A stretch of 63,292 nt of DNA from Chiloscyllium plagiosum (Eukaryota): NCBI RefSeq assembly GCF_004010195.1, contig NC_057719.1, forward strand, positions 16,352,892 through 16,416,183, in the 5' to 3' direction. Shown here piece after piece: positions 1-11,960 of the stretch; position 1 is the stretch's first letter; each line of letters starts with the position of its first letter. A program made the position numbers and the translations under genes. The notes beneath the pieces are model-generated. The model did not search any database, was not told the DNA's origin, and saw only the letters and a list, made by a program, of their open reading frames with translations.

Positions 1-638
1 CATACTAAGAACTGACAATGAGAAAACATAAAAACATCATTTTACATAAAATAACTACACTTAAACCCTGCAGTATGAATGCTCTTGCTGTAATGAAGTA
101 ATATCACTCAAGTCCACCAATTTAATCTTGTGATAACTGCACTAGAGTTTATGCTACAATTGCATAATATTGAGTCTATAAAGGTAATACATGCCTTGGC
201 CTCTCAAGAGAAAAATTCATCCCTTACAAACAGTCAAAATTTAAGATTTATTACTGTTTGTAAACTGGCCTGTGTTGCAGAAATAACATTGAGTTTGTTC
301 AGCTCATTGAGGTAAGGCTTGTGTTTTGGGAAATGAAAGGGTTCTAACATTCATGACTGTGGATAAATTCTTCAACCTAAATCTTAACATCAGTGTCTCT
401 CTTGCACCTTCTGAAGTTCCAACAATGTGTACTCAAACAGAAAGCTATGCAGTGAGGAAGTATATTCTTTTGATGAGCTTTTATCATTTATTACCAATTT
501 ACTAAGTCAAAACTGCTTATTTTTAGTTCATAGGCCCATTACAGAAATCTAAGTTATTGCTCGACTTTGTTATATTAACCATCAGGCCTCTACCAAAATC
601 AGCAATTTTATCAATTAAGTAGCTAAGACTGTAGCAAT

Positions 639-862
639 TGTAACAAGGTCAGCTAGGTGGACATTATAGAATGAGTTTCCTGATTGGCACTGTATATCTG
701 GTCCAAATCAGGGAGCCCTAGCTAACAGACAAAAACAGAAGTTTCAAATATTCCTGACACCTCAAGCTGGCTTTGAGGGAGCTGGATCAGTGTCAAGGAC
801 TTTCCAAACATAAACAAAGAATGATTTGGTGACAGGATATTGGCCTCTGTGGAGCAATTACA
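639..862 (+). mobile_element. Solo LTR of an LTR retroelement
   Basis: TGTAAC...TTACA termini, about 224 bp, with an internal tcctgattgg...ccaaatcaggga hairpin. No clear TSD. Confidence 0.5.
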
Positions 863-904
863 AAAACAAATATCATTTTGGTACGAAGAACACAGAGACA
901 CAAT

Positions 905-1590
905 ATAAAATGAAGGCCAAATGTTAAAGTGGGTGCTAGAGCAGGTAGATCTGGATGCATGTCATCAAAAGTGGCACGGCAGGTTGAAACAGCAGTCAAT
1001 GAAGCATACGGTACCTTGGGCTTCATTAGTAGGGATGTTGAGTACAGAACAAGCAGGCTATGCTGAACTTGCCTTAGGCACTAGTTTAACCTCAGCGGGA
1101 GTTTGCGTCCATTTCTGGCTGTTACACTTCAGCGTGAAGTTGCTCCCAAGAAAAATTCCGGGGATGAGGAATTTCAGTTAAGATGATACATTGGAGAAGT
1201 TGGGTTTGTCTACTTTGGAGAAGGGAAGGAAGAGAGGAGATCTGACAGAGGTATTAAATCTTAAAACATCCAGACAAAGCAAACAGGGAGAAAATGCTCC
1301 CATTTATGAAAGGATAAGCAGCGGGAGGGCAGAGTTAATTAGTTTAAAATACCAAAATAAAGAAAATTGTTTACATAGAATGAGTGGTTAGGATCTAGGA
1401 TGCACTGTCTGAATGTATGATGAAGGCAGGTTCAATCAAGGGGGAGTTAGATTGTTTCTGGAAAAGGAACCATACATGAAGATATTGGGAGAAGGCAGGA
1501 GGATGGCGCCAAGTGAGGTACTCAATTTATGAGCTATCTCAAGACACACTGGGTCACAATGACCCCTTCTGTGCTGCAACTATTCAGTGA
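905..1590 (+). mobile_element. Decayed CR1 LINE 3' fragment
   Basis: Degenerate CR1 ORF2 C-terminus (LEKLGLSTLEKGRKRGDLTEV) followed by a CR1-type 3' tail. Confidence 0.75.
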
Positions 1591-3634
1591 CTTGGAAAAC
1601 CACTGATCCATTGCTATGATGATACAGCATAGTGCTCCTAACAATTGAGATTTATGATTAAAGTACATGTTCGAATTTTGCCTTGTGTACTACCCCTAGT
1701 TTTCTTCCCTTTTAAAAGGCAAAATACAGAAAGTTTAACCTCTGTAGCACATTTATTGATATTTTTTATGCCAGTTAATCAATTATGCCTTTGTTTTCAA
1801 ACCAACTCTTTTGTGCTATAATCATCTAAATTGCAGAAACTGAACATAAACTCCAAACGCCTGCCTGAGACCGGAGACCTCCAAACTAGATTCAATCAAA
1901 CAGCCTTGAGACCTGATCATTTCTCAACTTCCGGCCACTTGCGCAGGCCCTATTTTAATCACTCCATCACATCTTCAGCTAGTTAGAGTCGAAGCTCTGG
2001 AATTCCCTCTCAGCCACTGCACTTTAAAATGCTCTTTAGAACCAACTCTGACCAAGGATTAGGTCACTTAGCCTAACACTGCGCTATGTGGCTTGATTTG
2101 AGTTGTAGTGATAAGGCTCCTATGAAGCACATTAAGTTCCATTACCTAAAAAAAACTACATAAATGCAAGTTGCCACTGAAAAGTGTTATATCTTCCCCT
2201 ACAGTCAGTCATTTTATGAATTTTATCATATGACAATCATTAATTTGACTTTCAACTTACAAATAAAAATTATAGTATTTGGTTCAGGATATGCTCCAGT
2301 AAATGCAACACTGAATAAGCGACATTGGATACATTTTTTCGTAGTTTTCATACTAGCTAATTTGATACATATTCTTTCCATCTGGGTAGGAGTATCGCAT
2401 GGTTATATACCTGACATCATGAAGAAAAAACAGATTTGAAACAGGAAGATTAACTGGAATGAACAGGTCAAATATTTTTCAGTTATTTTAAAACAAAAAC
2501 AAAATTGTAACATTTAAATTGTAAATTTAACTCCACTGGAAATTTCAAACAATTTTAAAAACAGTTGTATCATAATTTCCTTTGTATACATGAAACAAAA
2601 CAATGGACTTTTCTAATTCAGTTGTTACGTAAAATTGTCCGAATAAAGGAGAGCAGCTTACTCCTACGTCTATGTACTATAAATATGCTCACAAAGAAAC
2701 TGTAGTAGTACAAAAGTGAAATCTAATTTTACAGGGAAACCAAATTCGAGAGAAAACAAAGGTACACAGAGTTGTAAAAAAGAAATGAAGTAGTTTTGTG
2801 GAACATTTCGATTCCTGCAAAATTAATCAAAAGAATAAAAAGCACAAAAATTTCCACTCTGAGTCACTCTTCCTTCTCTAGTCTTTAAGGCAGCATATCA
2901 ACCTTGAGCAAAGTTTGTGCCTTTCCAATGTCTCATCTAAATGGGCATTCATCCTACGCCAGAACTGCTGTCGCAATGTCAGTAAATGGATGGATCATGC
3001 GGGGATGGAAAAGGATTCCAAGCCAAACTCAGTCATGACATGATCCCACCAATATCTGCATATATACACTTTCACTCAGACAGATGCTGAGGCCAACTGA
3101 AGCTACCAATGCCAAATCAAACGTGGGGCTTTCAGATCAGCACAGTATAGCACCATGTTATTTAATGCAGTTATCTACTGATCCATTATAAAAGCTCTCG
3201 GGGAGGCACTTTTGCAGGAATTCATCTGCATTTTATAAACCTCGGACTAGAACTACATCAGAAAACCAGCTATAGTTCCTCGCATTAATAAGTAAAGAAT
3301 TTTACAATTTAATTAAATGCATGGCTAAAATGACTAAAATAACCTTATTTCTATTTCCAAGAGTTACTCGGAAGCCTGAACAACAGCACAGGATTCAAAA
3401 GTGTGTCAATACTCAATTCAAGCAAAAATATCCAAGCATATTATTTGAATATTGGCTCAGCTCCACTCACTTCATTACATTGTCCACAGTATTCAGTTAC
3501 ACAGCACTAAAGTTGTCTTAAGTTAGTCTAAATAATACTCTTTCAGCAAAGCATCCTGTACCTCACTATAGCAAGTTCATCCACCTCTCTAAACCTCCCA
3601 GTTATGCTTGCTCGTCTTCAAGAATGAAGTTAGT

Positions 3635-3911
3635 TGAACACAACCCACGCCTTGCAATTGAAGATTCTCCATAGGGTCCTTTTGGCCCCAGGCTGCCTCA
3701 TCAAATTCAAAGCAAGAGCATCTCCAATGTGGCCTAAATGTAAAGTGAGCATGGGAACGCTTACTCATTGTCTTTGGTCCTGCCACAGACTGTGGGCATA
3801 CTGGAGCGCTGGGCTAGGCGAAATAGAGAAAGCCTTGGGGACGGAGGTGGAGATGGACCCAGTATCTCTAACTTCATGGCTTTGTTAATTCACTTTCATT
3901 AGATGCGCGCA

Positions 3912-3949
<38 letters not shown>

Positions 3950-4453
3950 GGCTTTTCAGAAGGTACATTCTATTAGGGTAGGTGTCAGAAAATTCCCCGG
4001 GGTTGGCGGGCTGGCATAAGCTAGTCATGGAGCACAACCCCTTGGACTTTCTTACTAGTATGGTGCACCATAAAACTGAGAACTTCTATAAGGCATGGTG
4101 GCCCTTTTTGGACTACCTGGGTACAGATGTGTCCGCCATACTAATAAGAGCCTTTACATAGTTATGGCAAATCTATGTAATGAATCTGGTATCCAGACAG
4201 GAGGAACTACAAACATATGAATATGAAAAAACTTATGCGTGTGATGATTGAGGTGTATTGCTTTGTTTCGCTGAGCTGTACTATTGTTATTGTTATTATT
4301 GTTAAGATTTTCCTTTTTTAGCTTTGTTATTAGTTATTATTTATGTAATTGGTGAGTTCATTTCTTAACATTGGTTTGGATTGTTTGGTTTCATATTTGC
4401 TGTAATATTCAAAAGAAAATAATTCCTTTTTCTAATAAAAATACATTTTAAAA
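3635..4453 (+). mobile_element. 5'-truncated L1/Tx1-clade LINE with 12-bp TSD
   Basis: ORF2 C-terminal Cys/His region (QLKILHR...PKCKVSMGTLTHCLWSCHRLWAYW), T-rich 3' UTR, AATAAA plus A-rich end. The direct repeat aatgaagttagt lies at 3623-3634 and 4454-4465. Confidence 0.8.
3905..3947. repeat. (GC)n/(CA)n microsatellite inside the L1 fragment
   Basis: gcgcgcacgcgcacacacac... seen directly. Confidence 0.95.
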
Positions 4454-5109
4454 AATGAAGTTAGTACTAAATGATTGCTATTAAATTAGAGCCATGTTTA
4501 AGTAGGAGAGCATGCATATGATATTAAACTTACTCAGTCAATAGAGAAGTCACTGAAACTTCACAAGTTAGCACAGGTTTCCAATGTAGGTCCAATTGTA
4601 AAAGGATAATAGTCTTTGTGTCATACGTATTCTGGACAAGAAATTCTTCTTCTAAATTTCCAGCCTTTGATCAACATTAGTACACTCTCCACCTTTCTAC
4701 AGGTTTAAATGCCAGCCATCAAGATGAGACCTGATGCTTTCCAGTGGGGAAGGTGGAGAGAAAACAATGGTGCTCAACTGGCAGTCTCAAAGAGAAGCTA
4801 AAAGAATGTTAGATGGAAGAGAAGAAAAAAAGTGGTGGTGAGTCTTCTGAAATTAAAATTAAATTTTATTTTTGACACAGCTTCAATATAAATATTCTAC
4901 AGTTGAAAACAGACCACAGTGTTTCAATGCCCTGCGTGCCCAGCATTGTATCTTCAACAAGAATACAGCACAATTTCTCCATAGATTTTGGGGTTCTTGG
5001 ATGTGTCACCTGGCTTAGTGCTTAGCCCATAAACTTGAATTCTGTGATCTATATAAAAGTGAAACAATAGGTACGGTACATCCAATGCCCTCATCAGAGA
5101 AATGATGCA

Positions 5110-5460
5110 GGACCTTTCATGATTTTCAGACATCTCACGTGCTTTAATGCCAATGAGGTGCTCTGTTGTAGGAAAATTCAGTGGCAAGTTTTATGCACAG
5201 CAGGGTACCAAAATCAACAACTAGGTAAAGGATTTGGTGAACAGTTATATTTAATTACAGTGAACAGGTAATAAATACTGGCCAGAACAACACAGTGGGA
5301 TTTGTTATCTGAGACAACAAAAACTTAACAATTCACCTGAAAGACTAATCACCAATAGTATTGCATTCCTCCAGGAATACAATGAATAGATGTTTGGGAA
5401 TATGTGCTCCTAAATTGCAGTAGAGTTTAAATCTTCAAACTGTTAACCAAGGATCAGTTT
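5110..5460 (-). mobile_element. Decayed Deu-domain SINE (SacSINE1/AmnSINE-like)
   Basis: Its reverse complement resembles the adjacent plus-strand copy (e.g. aaatactggccagaac, gtgctttaatgccaatgag). Confidence 0.5.
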
Positions 5461-5489
5461 TTCTATCTGAGTTATAAATTTCATTCTAG

Positions 5490-5830
5490 ATATTGGAGCA
5501 CAAAAGTCTGGGCAGACAATGCAGTGCAATAGTAAGGAGTGCTGCACTGTCAGAACTGTCGCGTTCCAGATGAAACATCAAACTAAGGCCCAGTCTGTTT
5601 AAGGATAAAAGAGCCCATGACACTATTTCAAACAAAAGGAAGGTATCCCTCTGTCCTGACTGACATATCTTTCAATCACCATTGCACCAAATAACAGTTT
5701 ATCTTACCTTTATCACGTCTTTTAGTGGGAACTTGCTGGCTGCTGTGTTTTGTGCAGCTCAAAAGTACTCATTGACCGCAAGATGCTATGCGGCTTTTGA
5801 CATCATAACACTATATGCACAGACCCAAAA
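5490..5830 (+). mobile_element. Deu-domain SINE (SacSINE1/AmnSINE-like)
   Basis: Core motifs ggagtgctgcactgtc...gatgaaacatcaaactaaggcccagtctg...taaaagagcccatgacactatttc...tgtcctg, recognised as the Deu domain. Confidence 0.65.
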
Positions 5831-8215
5831 CATAATTCTGACCATGCATCAAGAAACAAATAGGTTAGCCTCTCATCATTCTTCTGGGTAGCTTGATGCT
5901 CAGAACTATTACATTACATTCCTGAAACAATAACTTTAAATAATTTCAATCAACATGTTCTGACATGTTATTGCAAACCTGTGAAGCAGGTGAGACTGGA
6001 GTCTGGGCCTTCAGGCCCAGAGGTAAGGACAATACCACTGCAGCACAACAGCCCTAACAATAGTCTATGATTCTGGATTAGAGCAGTGCTGGAAAAGCAC
6101 AGCAGTTCAGGCAGCATCCGAGGAGCAGGAAAATAGTCTTATCATTGCTTTTGCTTTCTTATATTTCAAGATCGAACATAACAAAGAAAGTGTAAATTTA
6201 ATGGGACTGTGATGCTAATTGCTGGGACAGATTTGATTAAATTTCCATTCTGCAAATCCAAAAGGATTCTAACCCCATGTGAAACCTGTGGGCCGCACTG
6301 AGTGAGCTTCAGTGCAGATGGCCTGTAACCAGACTGCAACAGTCACCATATTCACATACAATAAACAAAACAAATCTATGACTTCGCCGCTTAGCACAAA
6401 GACAGTCGAACCTGCAAGTTTCCCTCCAAGTCACATACCACCCTGACTTGAAAATAACTCAATGTTCCTTCATCACCGTTGGGTCAATGTTCAGGATTCA
6501 CTTCCTTACAGTATGTACCTAACCAGCATGGACTGTCGCAGTTTTAAGAAAGCAGCAACACACACCCCTCGAATGAATAAGAAAAGAGACATGATCAAGA
6601 CAACAGAAAACCTTCCAAAGCAATGGTATGATATCCAGAAAATAAGTCCACACTTTCAGGCAAGATGGAGGAAGATAAATTTAAAACCTAGAGAAGGAAA
6701 ATATAATTAGCTTGCATTATAGGAGTTAAAAATTAGTTTTGGAGAAAGAGTTTGTAAATGGCTACTCCAACTATAAATACAACGATCTTCAGCCTTGATT
6801 GAAAGCCCAAGGAGTTTGGCAATGTAGACTACATCTTTGATTAAAAGGGGGACTGCATGTCCATTCTCAAATCAAATCTCTTTTAAAGCTAAATAACTCA
6901 ACTACAAAACAGAAAAAAATACCCAACCCCAATCCCGAGGATTAATTTCGTAGGCTATGATAATATTTTCCATTTTAACACACACACAGAAATTCCCGAA
7001 TCATTTTAATGATGAACCTGAATATTTTTAACAAAATTAGAGTTTACTATAATATATCCAAGAGATGTCACTCTTCAGGTTAACTACAATATTTCACACC
7101 AAATATCAATACATTAAATCAACTCTGGATAATTTAGAGCTCAAATGGTTATTATAAATCTGTAGACATTTGTAAGATGGAACATAAGCTGTGGAAACAG
7201 CAAACAATTTATACAAAGAGTTCTGTTGTAAGCTGGTGATCGCTGTCTCTCTCACTGATACAGTGAGGTGTAATCTAGAATAATGTACAACAGAAAGGCC
7301 TGAAGTGACTCCATAGTGTCAGGTCCAGAATCATACATATTACTCCAACAGAATCATAACATAAGATTAAGAGATCATCAGACCAACATCATCTGCAAAA
7401 AAAAAGTACAGATCTCTTGGCACTAAACAGCATCAAACACATTTATAGATTATTCTCTGCAGGCATGATTGAAAAGGATTTCTACCCTTTACCACGCAGT
7501 TGAAATAAGTACCGAAGTTATTTACTCCAATTTCAGTGCTCAATGAAATCCTTTGTATATCTGGGATCCAACTGAAAGTCTGTTGTGCTTATGAACATCA
7601 GGCCTCTTTGAAATATTCAAAACAAACCCATTCAGCAAACCAAAACAAAACCTATCGGGGCACCTGGAGGGCTAAGATGGCTCCATTGGTCAGTGAGTGA
7701 ATACATTTCAAGCTACCTGCAGCCAGGTTGCTGATGGTTTAAATTAAAACAAAAAAATTCCAAAGACTTACGAGGCTTTTGTCTTTAGAATTGGAAACTT
7801 CTAAAGATTTACTATGGAATTCGCCCATTCAAAATAGCAAAGCATCCTCTATTAAACCAATACTTTAATTTATATTTAGATTTACAATTGCTTAGCAGAC
7901 TAATAGACAATTTTTGTTTAAATTAAGGAGCCTTCACCACCAAATCTCTTGAACCTCCTGGATAGGTGAGGGTGGGGAGGTGGAGGTTACCAATTCATTC
8001 TTTTCATAAAATAAAATGAAAAAATCAAAGTAAAGCTTGTCCACCACTGGTCTCACCTTGGTTAAATGCAGCAACACAGAGTAAAGTAAACCATTTACTA
8101 CCATGGCAGGTATCGCATACGACAGTATAATAAGTTACAAGAGGCAGTCCAGTTATAGTAGGTTTCAAGTATGCAACACTGCAATTGTATTTCTTTGGAA
8201 CTCTACGGACGATGT

Positions 8216-8221
8216 TTTATT
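8216..8221 (-). promoter_or_regulatory. Candidate poly(A) signal AATAAA for trip11
   Basis: First AATAAA I found on the minus strand, about 460 nt after the stop codon. No transcript evidence; more distal signals also exist. Confidence 0.25.
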
Positions 8222-8684
8222 TTTTCTCAAGAGGGGATGGAAATGGAAATCCATTACTGCATATAGATTCCAACCAGGTAAATCCCATTAGGATTTTGGA
8301 AGGATACTGAATCCCAGCAGCATCTGTAAATTTTTTTTGAACAGTAATTATCCAACACCACAGATCTCAGTTAAGTGCCAGATATCAGTATTTGCAGTCA
8401 GTAATAATGATCACCTTGTGTTTTTAGTACAAGTATTCATAGCTAGGCTTTTAGAGAGGCAGAAAGTGTTCTACATCTTGGGCAAACCTTCTCTAGTTGG
8501 ACAGTGGGCTGGCGTCCTTGCAATCTTCATAGACTTAGCATTTCTAACTAAAGAAGAGTATTTGAAAAGATGTAAATAACACTTGGGAGACTTTGTGCAC
8601 ACTGAAGAAGGTCCCTCTGTGCAACAAGAGTCTATAGTGTTATTTCACTTTAAAGTGCTGTAGTAGTTCGCTCCAGTTTTTTCA

Positions 8685-8902
8685 CTATTTGAGGAGATCT
8701 TTAAGTACAGCTCCGGCACTAGAATCTGGAGACACTGGTAGAGGTGTGAAGGTAGGAAGAGCATTGGAGATTGGTTTCATGAGGAGATGAGAGGCCCCAA
8801 CACCACTAGAGGCTGTTGATGTGATGAGGGGGATGGCAGCAGAACGCGGTGCTAAGAAAGGATTCGAGTCAGATTTTTTCACCAAACCCTCTCCTAAAGT
8901 AC
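8685..8902 (-). CDS. trip11: TRIP11 terminal coding exon with TAG stop
   Basis: ttttatttgcag|GT; (G)[26 protein letters not shown]...[34 protein letters not shown], matching the conserved TRIP11 C-terminus. Confidence 0.94.
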
Positions 8903-9355
8903 CTGCAAATAAAATGCAACAGCATTATTCAGGGTGATAATTGCATCATCAATGAAAGCAGATAACAAACGCACATCTAGCTGGTGCTCAATAATTAGGA
9001 CTTCAATAATAAGAACATTCTTCTTGGAAGTGACTTTTGCAAATACTAAAGTATCTGCATATTACCACTGAACTCTGTGCTTCAAAATTAAAAATCCAGC
9101 TATTGCTACTTGCAAGTCAGACAGTAAAACAAAACTAATGGCACCCAGTAGTAGAAAAGTTCATAAGTAGAAGATCTGGGATTGGTTTGAAATTCCCTGC
9201 TTGGAATGAAACTCTTAAGACAAATATCAGCTGTTTATCAGTTGACATCGTCCAAATAAAATAAAAGCTCAATTCACTTTCCAAATTGTAGAGGATACAA
9301 TATCAATGTATGTTGCTTAGGATTACACAAAAAAAGTCATCTTCTTATAACAGAC

Positions 9356-9500
9356 AGGAGGTTGGCTAGCTCAGTTAGCTGGACAGCTGTTGTCAATAGC
9401 GTGGGTTCAATTCCTGCACTGACTGTGGTTACCATGAAGGACTCTTACTCAAGTTCTCCTATAACCTGAGCTATGACAACCCTCAGATCAAAACACATTA
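9356..9500 (+). mobile_element. tRNA-derived SINE fragment
   Basis: A-box-like tagctcagttag and B-box-like gggttcaattcc. Confidence 0.5.
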
Positions 9501-9756
9501 ATGAATGGGCAGCTGGGACAGGGAGGCGAAAAAAGCATATCAAAATCATTCATAATATTCCTAGTCTAGCCAAAGTTCCTTATAAGGTTAATGGAAAACA
9601 GAAAAATTCTCTTTGCAGTGAATACTGGTGCTTTTTATTTTGATTTAATAGCCTTATTAATCCAAATGGCACCTCTCAAGTTATTTATCAATCTATGCCA
9701 GTCTTTTACCAATAACTTCAGAAGAAATACAGTAATTAACATTATAAAGCCTATAC

Positions 9757-9904
9757 CTGCAGTATGGCCAGAATAGCTGCTGGATGGCTGGCTGCTTCCA
9801 GACATGGCTCCAACTGGGTGCACATCGTAAACTGGAAGTTTTGGCGGTGGGAGGGAAGGTCGAGATTCTACTTCCAGGAACTTCACAAACATTTGTGAGA
9901 AAGA
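9757..9904 (-). CDS. trip11: TRIP11 exon (148 nt), GA1 motif
   Basis: ttctcctgcag|TCT...GCAG|gtatag; [30 protein letters not shown]...; phase 0-1. Confidence 0.93.
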
Positions 9905-10006
9905 CTGCAGGAGAAAATGCAGTGATAGCTTATATGATAGTGCTTCAACAATATAAATTCTGCAAATAAAGAACACCACTCCCTGATCTGAACAAACTCA
10001 TTTTTT

Positions 10007-10246
10007 GTTGTGGTTCTGTTCGCCAAGCTGGGAATTTGTGTTGCAGACGTTTTGTCCCGACTGGGTGACATCTGGGTGGCATTTATAGTGGCCGGAGGAA
10101 AGATCACAGAAGCGCTTCACAGGAGACTCCCAAGTACTGAGGATGTCACCTAGACAGGGGACGAAACGTCTGCAACACAAATTCCCAGCTCGGCGAACAG
10201 AACCACAACAACGATCACCCGAGCTACAAATCTTCTCACAAACTTT
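10007..10246 (+). mobile_element. Short Penelope-like fold-back element (inverted partial terminal repeat plus terminal repeat)
   Basis: Arms gttgtggttctgttcgcc...gcagacgt and acgtctgc...ggcgaacagaaccacaac; TSD aaactcatttttt at 9994-10006 and 10247-10259. Same terminus as the GIY-YIG element at 44630-45300. Confidence 0.8.
10134..10173 (+). ncRNA. Minimal hammerhead ribozyme motif
   Basis: gta-CTGAGGA-t-gtcacc(tagaca)ggggac-GAAAC-GTC-tgc. Confidence 0.75.
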
Positions 10247-10975
10247 AAACTCATTTTTTTTAAAACCTGTTTGCACATCTGAAGATTTACTTTGATTCAG
10301 AACAGAGGATCATGTTTCAGAATCACGAAGATCAGCAGGAGGCGACTTGATGCACCATGTTAATGCAATAGGTCCATATCACATTTACCAACGGTATTCC
10401 CATTTTTCTCTGTCCCTGTGTTGCTCAAGATTTCTTCATACATTAATTTAATCACTTCCTAAACTTCAAGATTGAATTGGGTACCTAAACAGCAACAAGA
10501 GGATGAATTATAATTGCATTATACTGATGGTAAAGAATCTCGGGGATATAATGATGCTTAGAAATACTTAAGTTCTACCATTTTAGCTTTGGCAAGCATT
10601 TTACTTTTGCCTTACTTCCTCAAATTTCTATCCAATATCCACATCTTTCTCTTCTTTAAAAACTATCAAAATTAATTGTTTTGATCAGACTGTTCATCAG
10701 TCATGGGTCATGGTTAACTTCACCATATCAGGTATGTTCGACATTGCAGTGAACCTTCTTTATATCCCAATGAAGTTTTAACTGAATTTTGCGCTGAAGT
10801 ATCTGAAGTTGCACTTAAACCTACAAGTTTCAAACTTAGAGGCAAGAGTGGCACTGGGTTGGCTTGATATTTGATATTTAGAGCAATCAGAAAATAATGC
10901 GTTGCACAAAAATGGAACAATTTTTGAATTGTTCCCTTACATCAACTGACTGATGCGTTTTGACAAATACTATAC

Positions 10976-11670
10976 TAAACTAACAAACTTAAAAGACCCA
11001 GTACAACCCATGGACAAAACCAAGTCATCTACTAAAATTCCATGCAAGGACTGCCACAAATACTACGTAGGACAAACAGGAAGAAAGTTAGCCACCAGGA
11101 TACACGAACACCAGCTAGCCACAAAAAGACACGACCCTCTCTCCCTCGTAGCCCTACACACGGANNNNNNNNNNNNNNNNNNNNNNNNNNNNNNNNNNNN
11201 NNNNNNNNNNNNNNGCCCTCCTTCAGGAATGAGGAAGGTGTGCCAAGCAGGCTAAGATAAAAGGTAGGGAGGAGGGACTTGGGGGAAAGGCGTTGGGAAT
11301 GCGATAGGTGGAAGGAGGTTAAGGTGAGGGTGATTGGCCGGAGTGGGGATGGGGGCGGAGAGGTCGGGAAGAAGATTACAGATGGGTTCTAGATAAAGAC
11401 ATGCCAGAGAATTCCTAGAGGCCTGGCACTCCAACCACAACGCCATAAACAAACACATAGATCTAGATACCATCTATCAACCCCTCAGAAAACGAACAGG
11501 AAATGACCTGACCACAAACCCCAGGAACCCCATCCAGGACAAACATATAAATAGAAAGCAGGAGACAACAGCTTCGCTTCACTTGGAGGTCACCACTGAT
11601 GATGTTACCTAGCCAGGTAATGAAACGTCTGGATATCAAACCTACAGCTCAGCGTGCAAACCTACACCCT
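10976..11670 (+). mobile_element. 5'-truncated Penelope-like element (GIY-YIG end plus terminal repeat), with an assembly gap and a nested fragment of another family at about 11215-11385
   Basis: KIPCKDCHKYYVGQTGRKLATRIHEH (GIY-YIG); TSD aaatactatac at 10965-10975 and 11671-11681. Confidence 0.85.
11593..11632 (+). ncRNA. Minimal hammerhead ribozyme motif
   Basis: cca-CTGATGA-t-gttacct(agcc)aggtaat-GAAAC-GTC-tgg; stems I and II pair fully. Confidence 0.8.
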
Positions 11671-11960
11671 AAATACTATACCGTGAAATCTTACGTCTAC
11701 AAACTCTCATACAAAATAACCCTAGGATTCCCAGAACATTTAATGCAAAGAAGAATTCTCATGCGAGAAGAAGTACAGAGAGGACTACTCCAAGAGTTCA
11801 TGTGACCATTAAAAAATCCCAACCATACCAGTTTCTTCAAATTTGCTGCATAATTGATGTTCCCCATCACTGAACCATTGTTGTGAACCTTATCTGAGAT
11901 TTCCTAAAGTGTGATGCCAGAACTGGATACTTCAGATGGGGCTGATTTAATCTAGAGGAT

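Noticed and set aside
1..3600. Coding exons of a neighbouring gene such as fbln5
   Set aside because: No EGF-like, signal-peptide or otherwise recognisable exon found; only repeats and AT-rich DNA.
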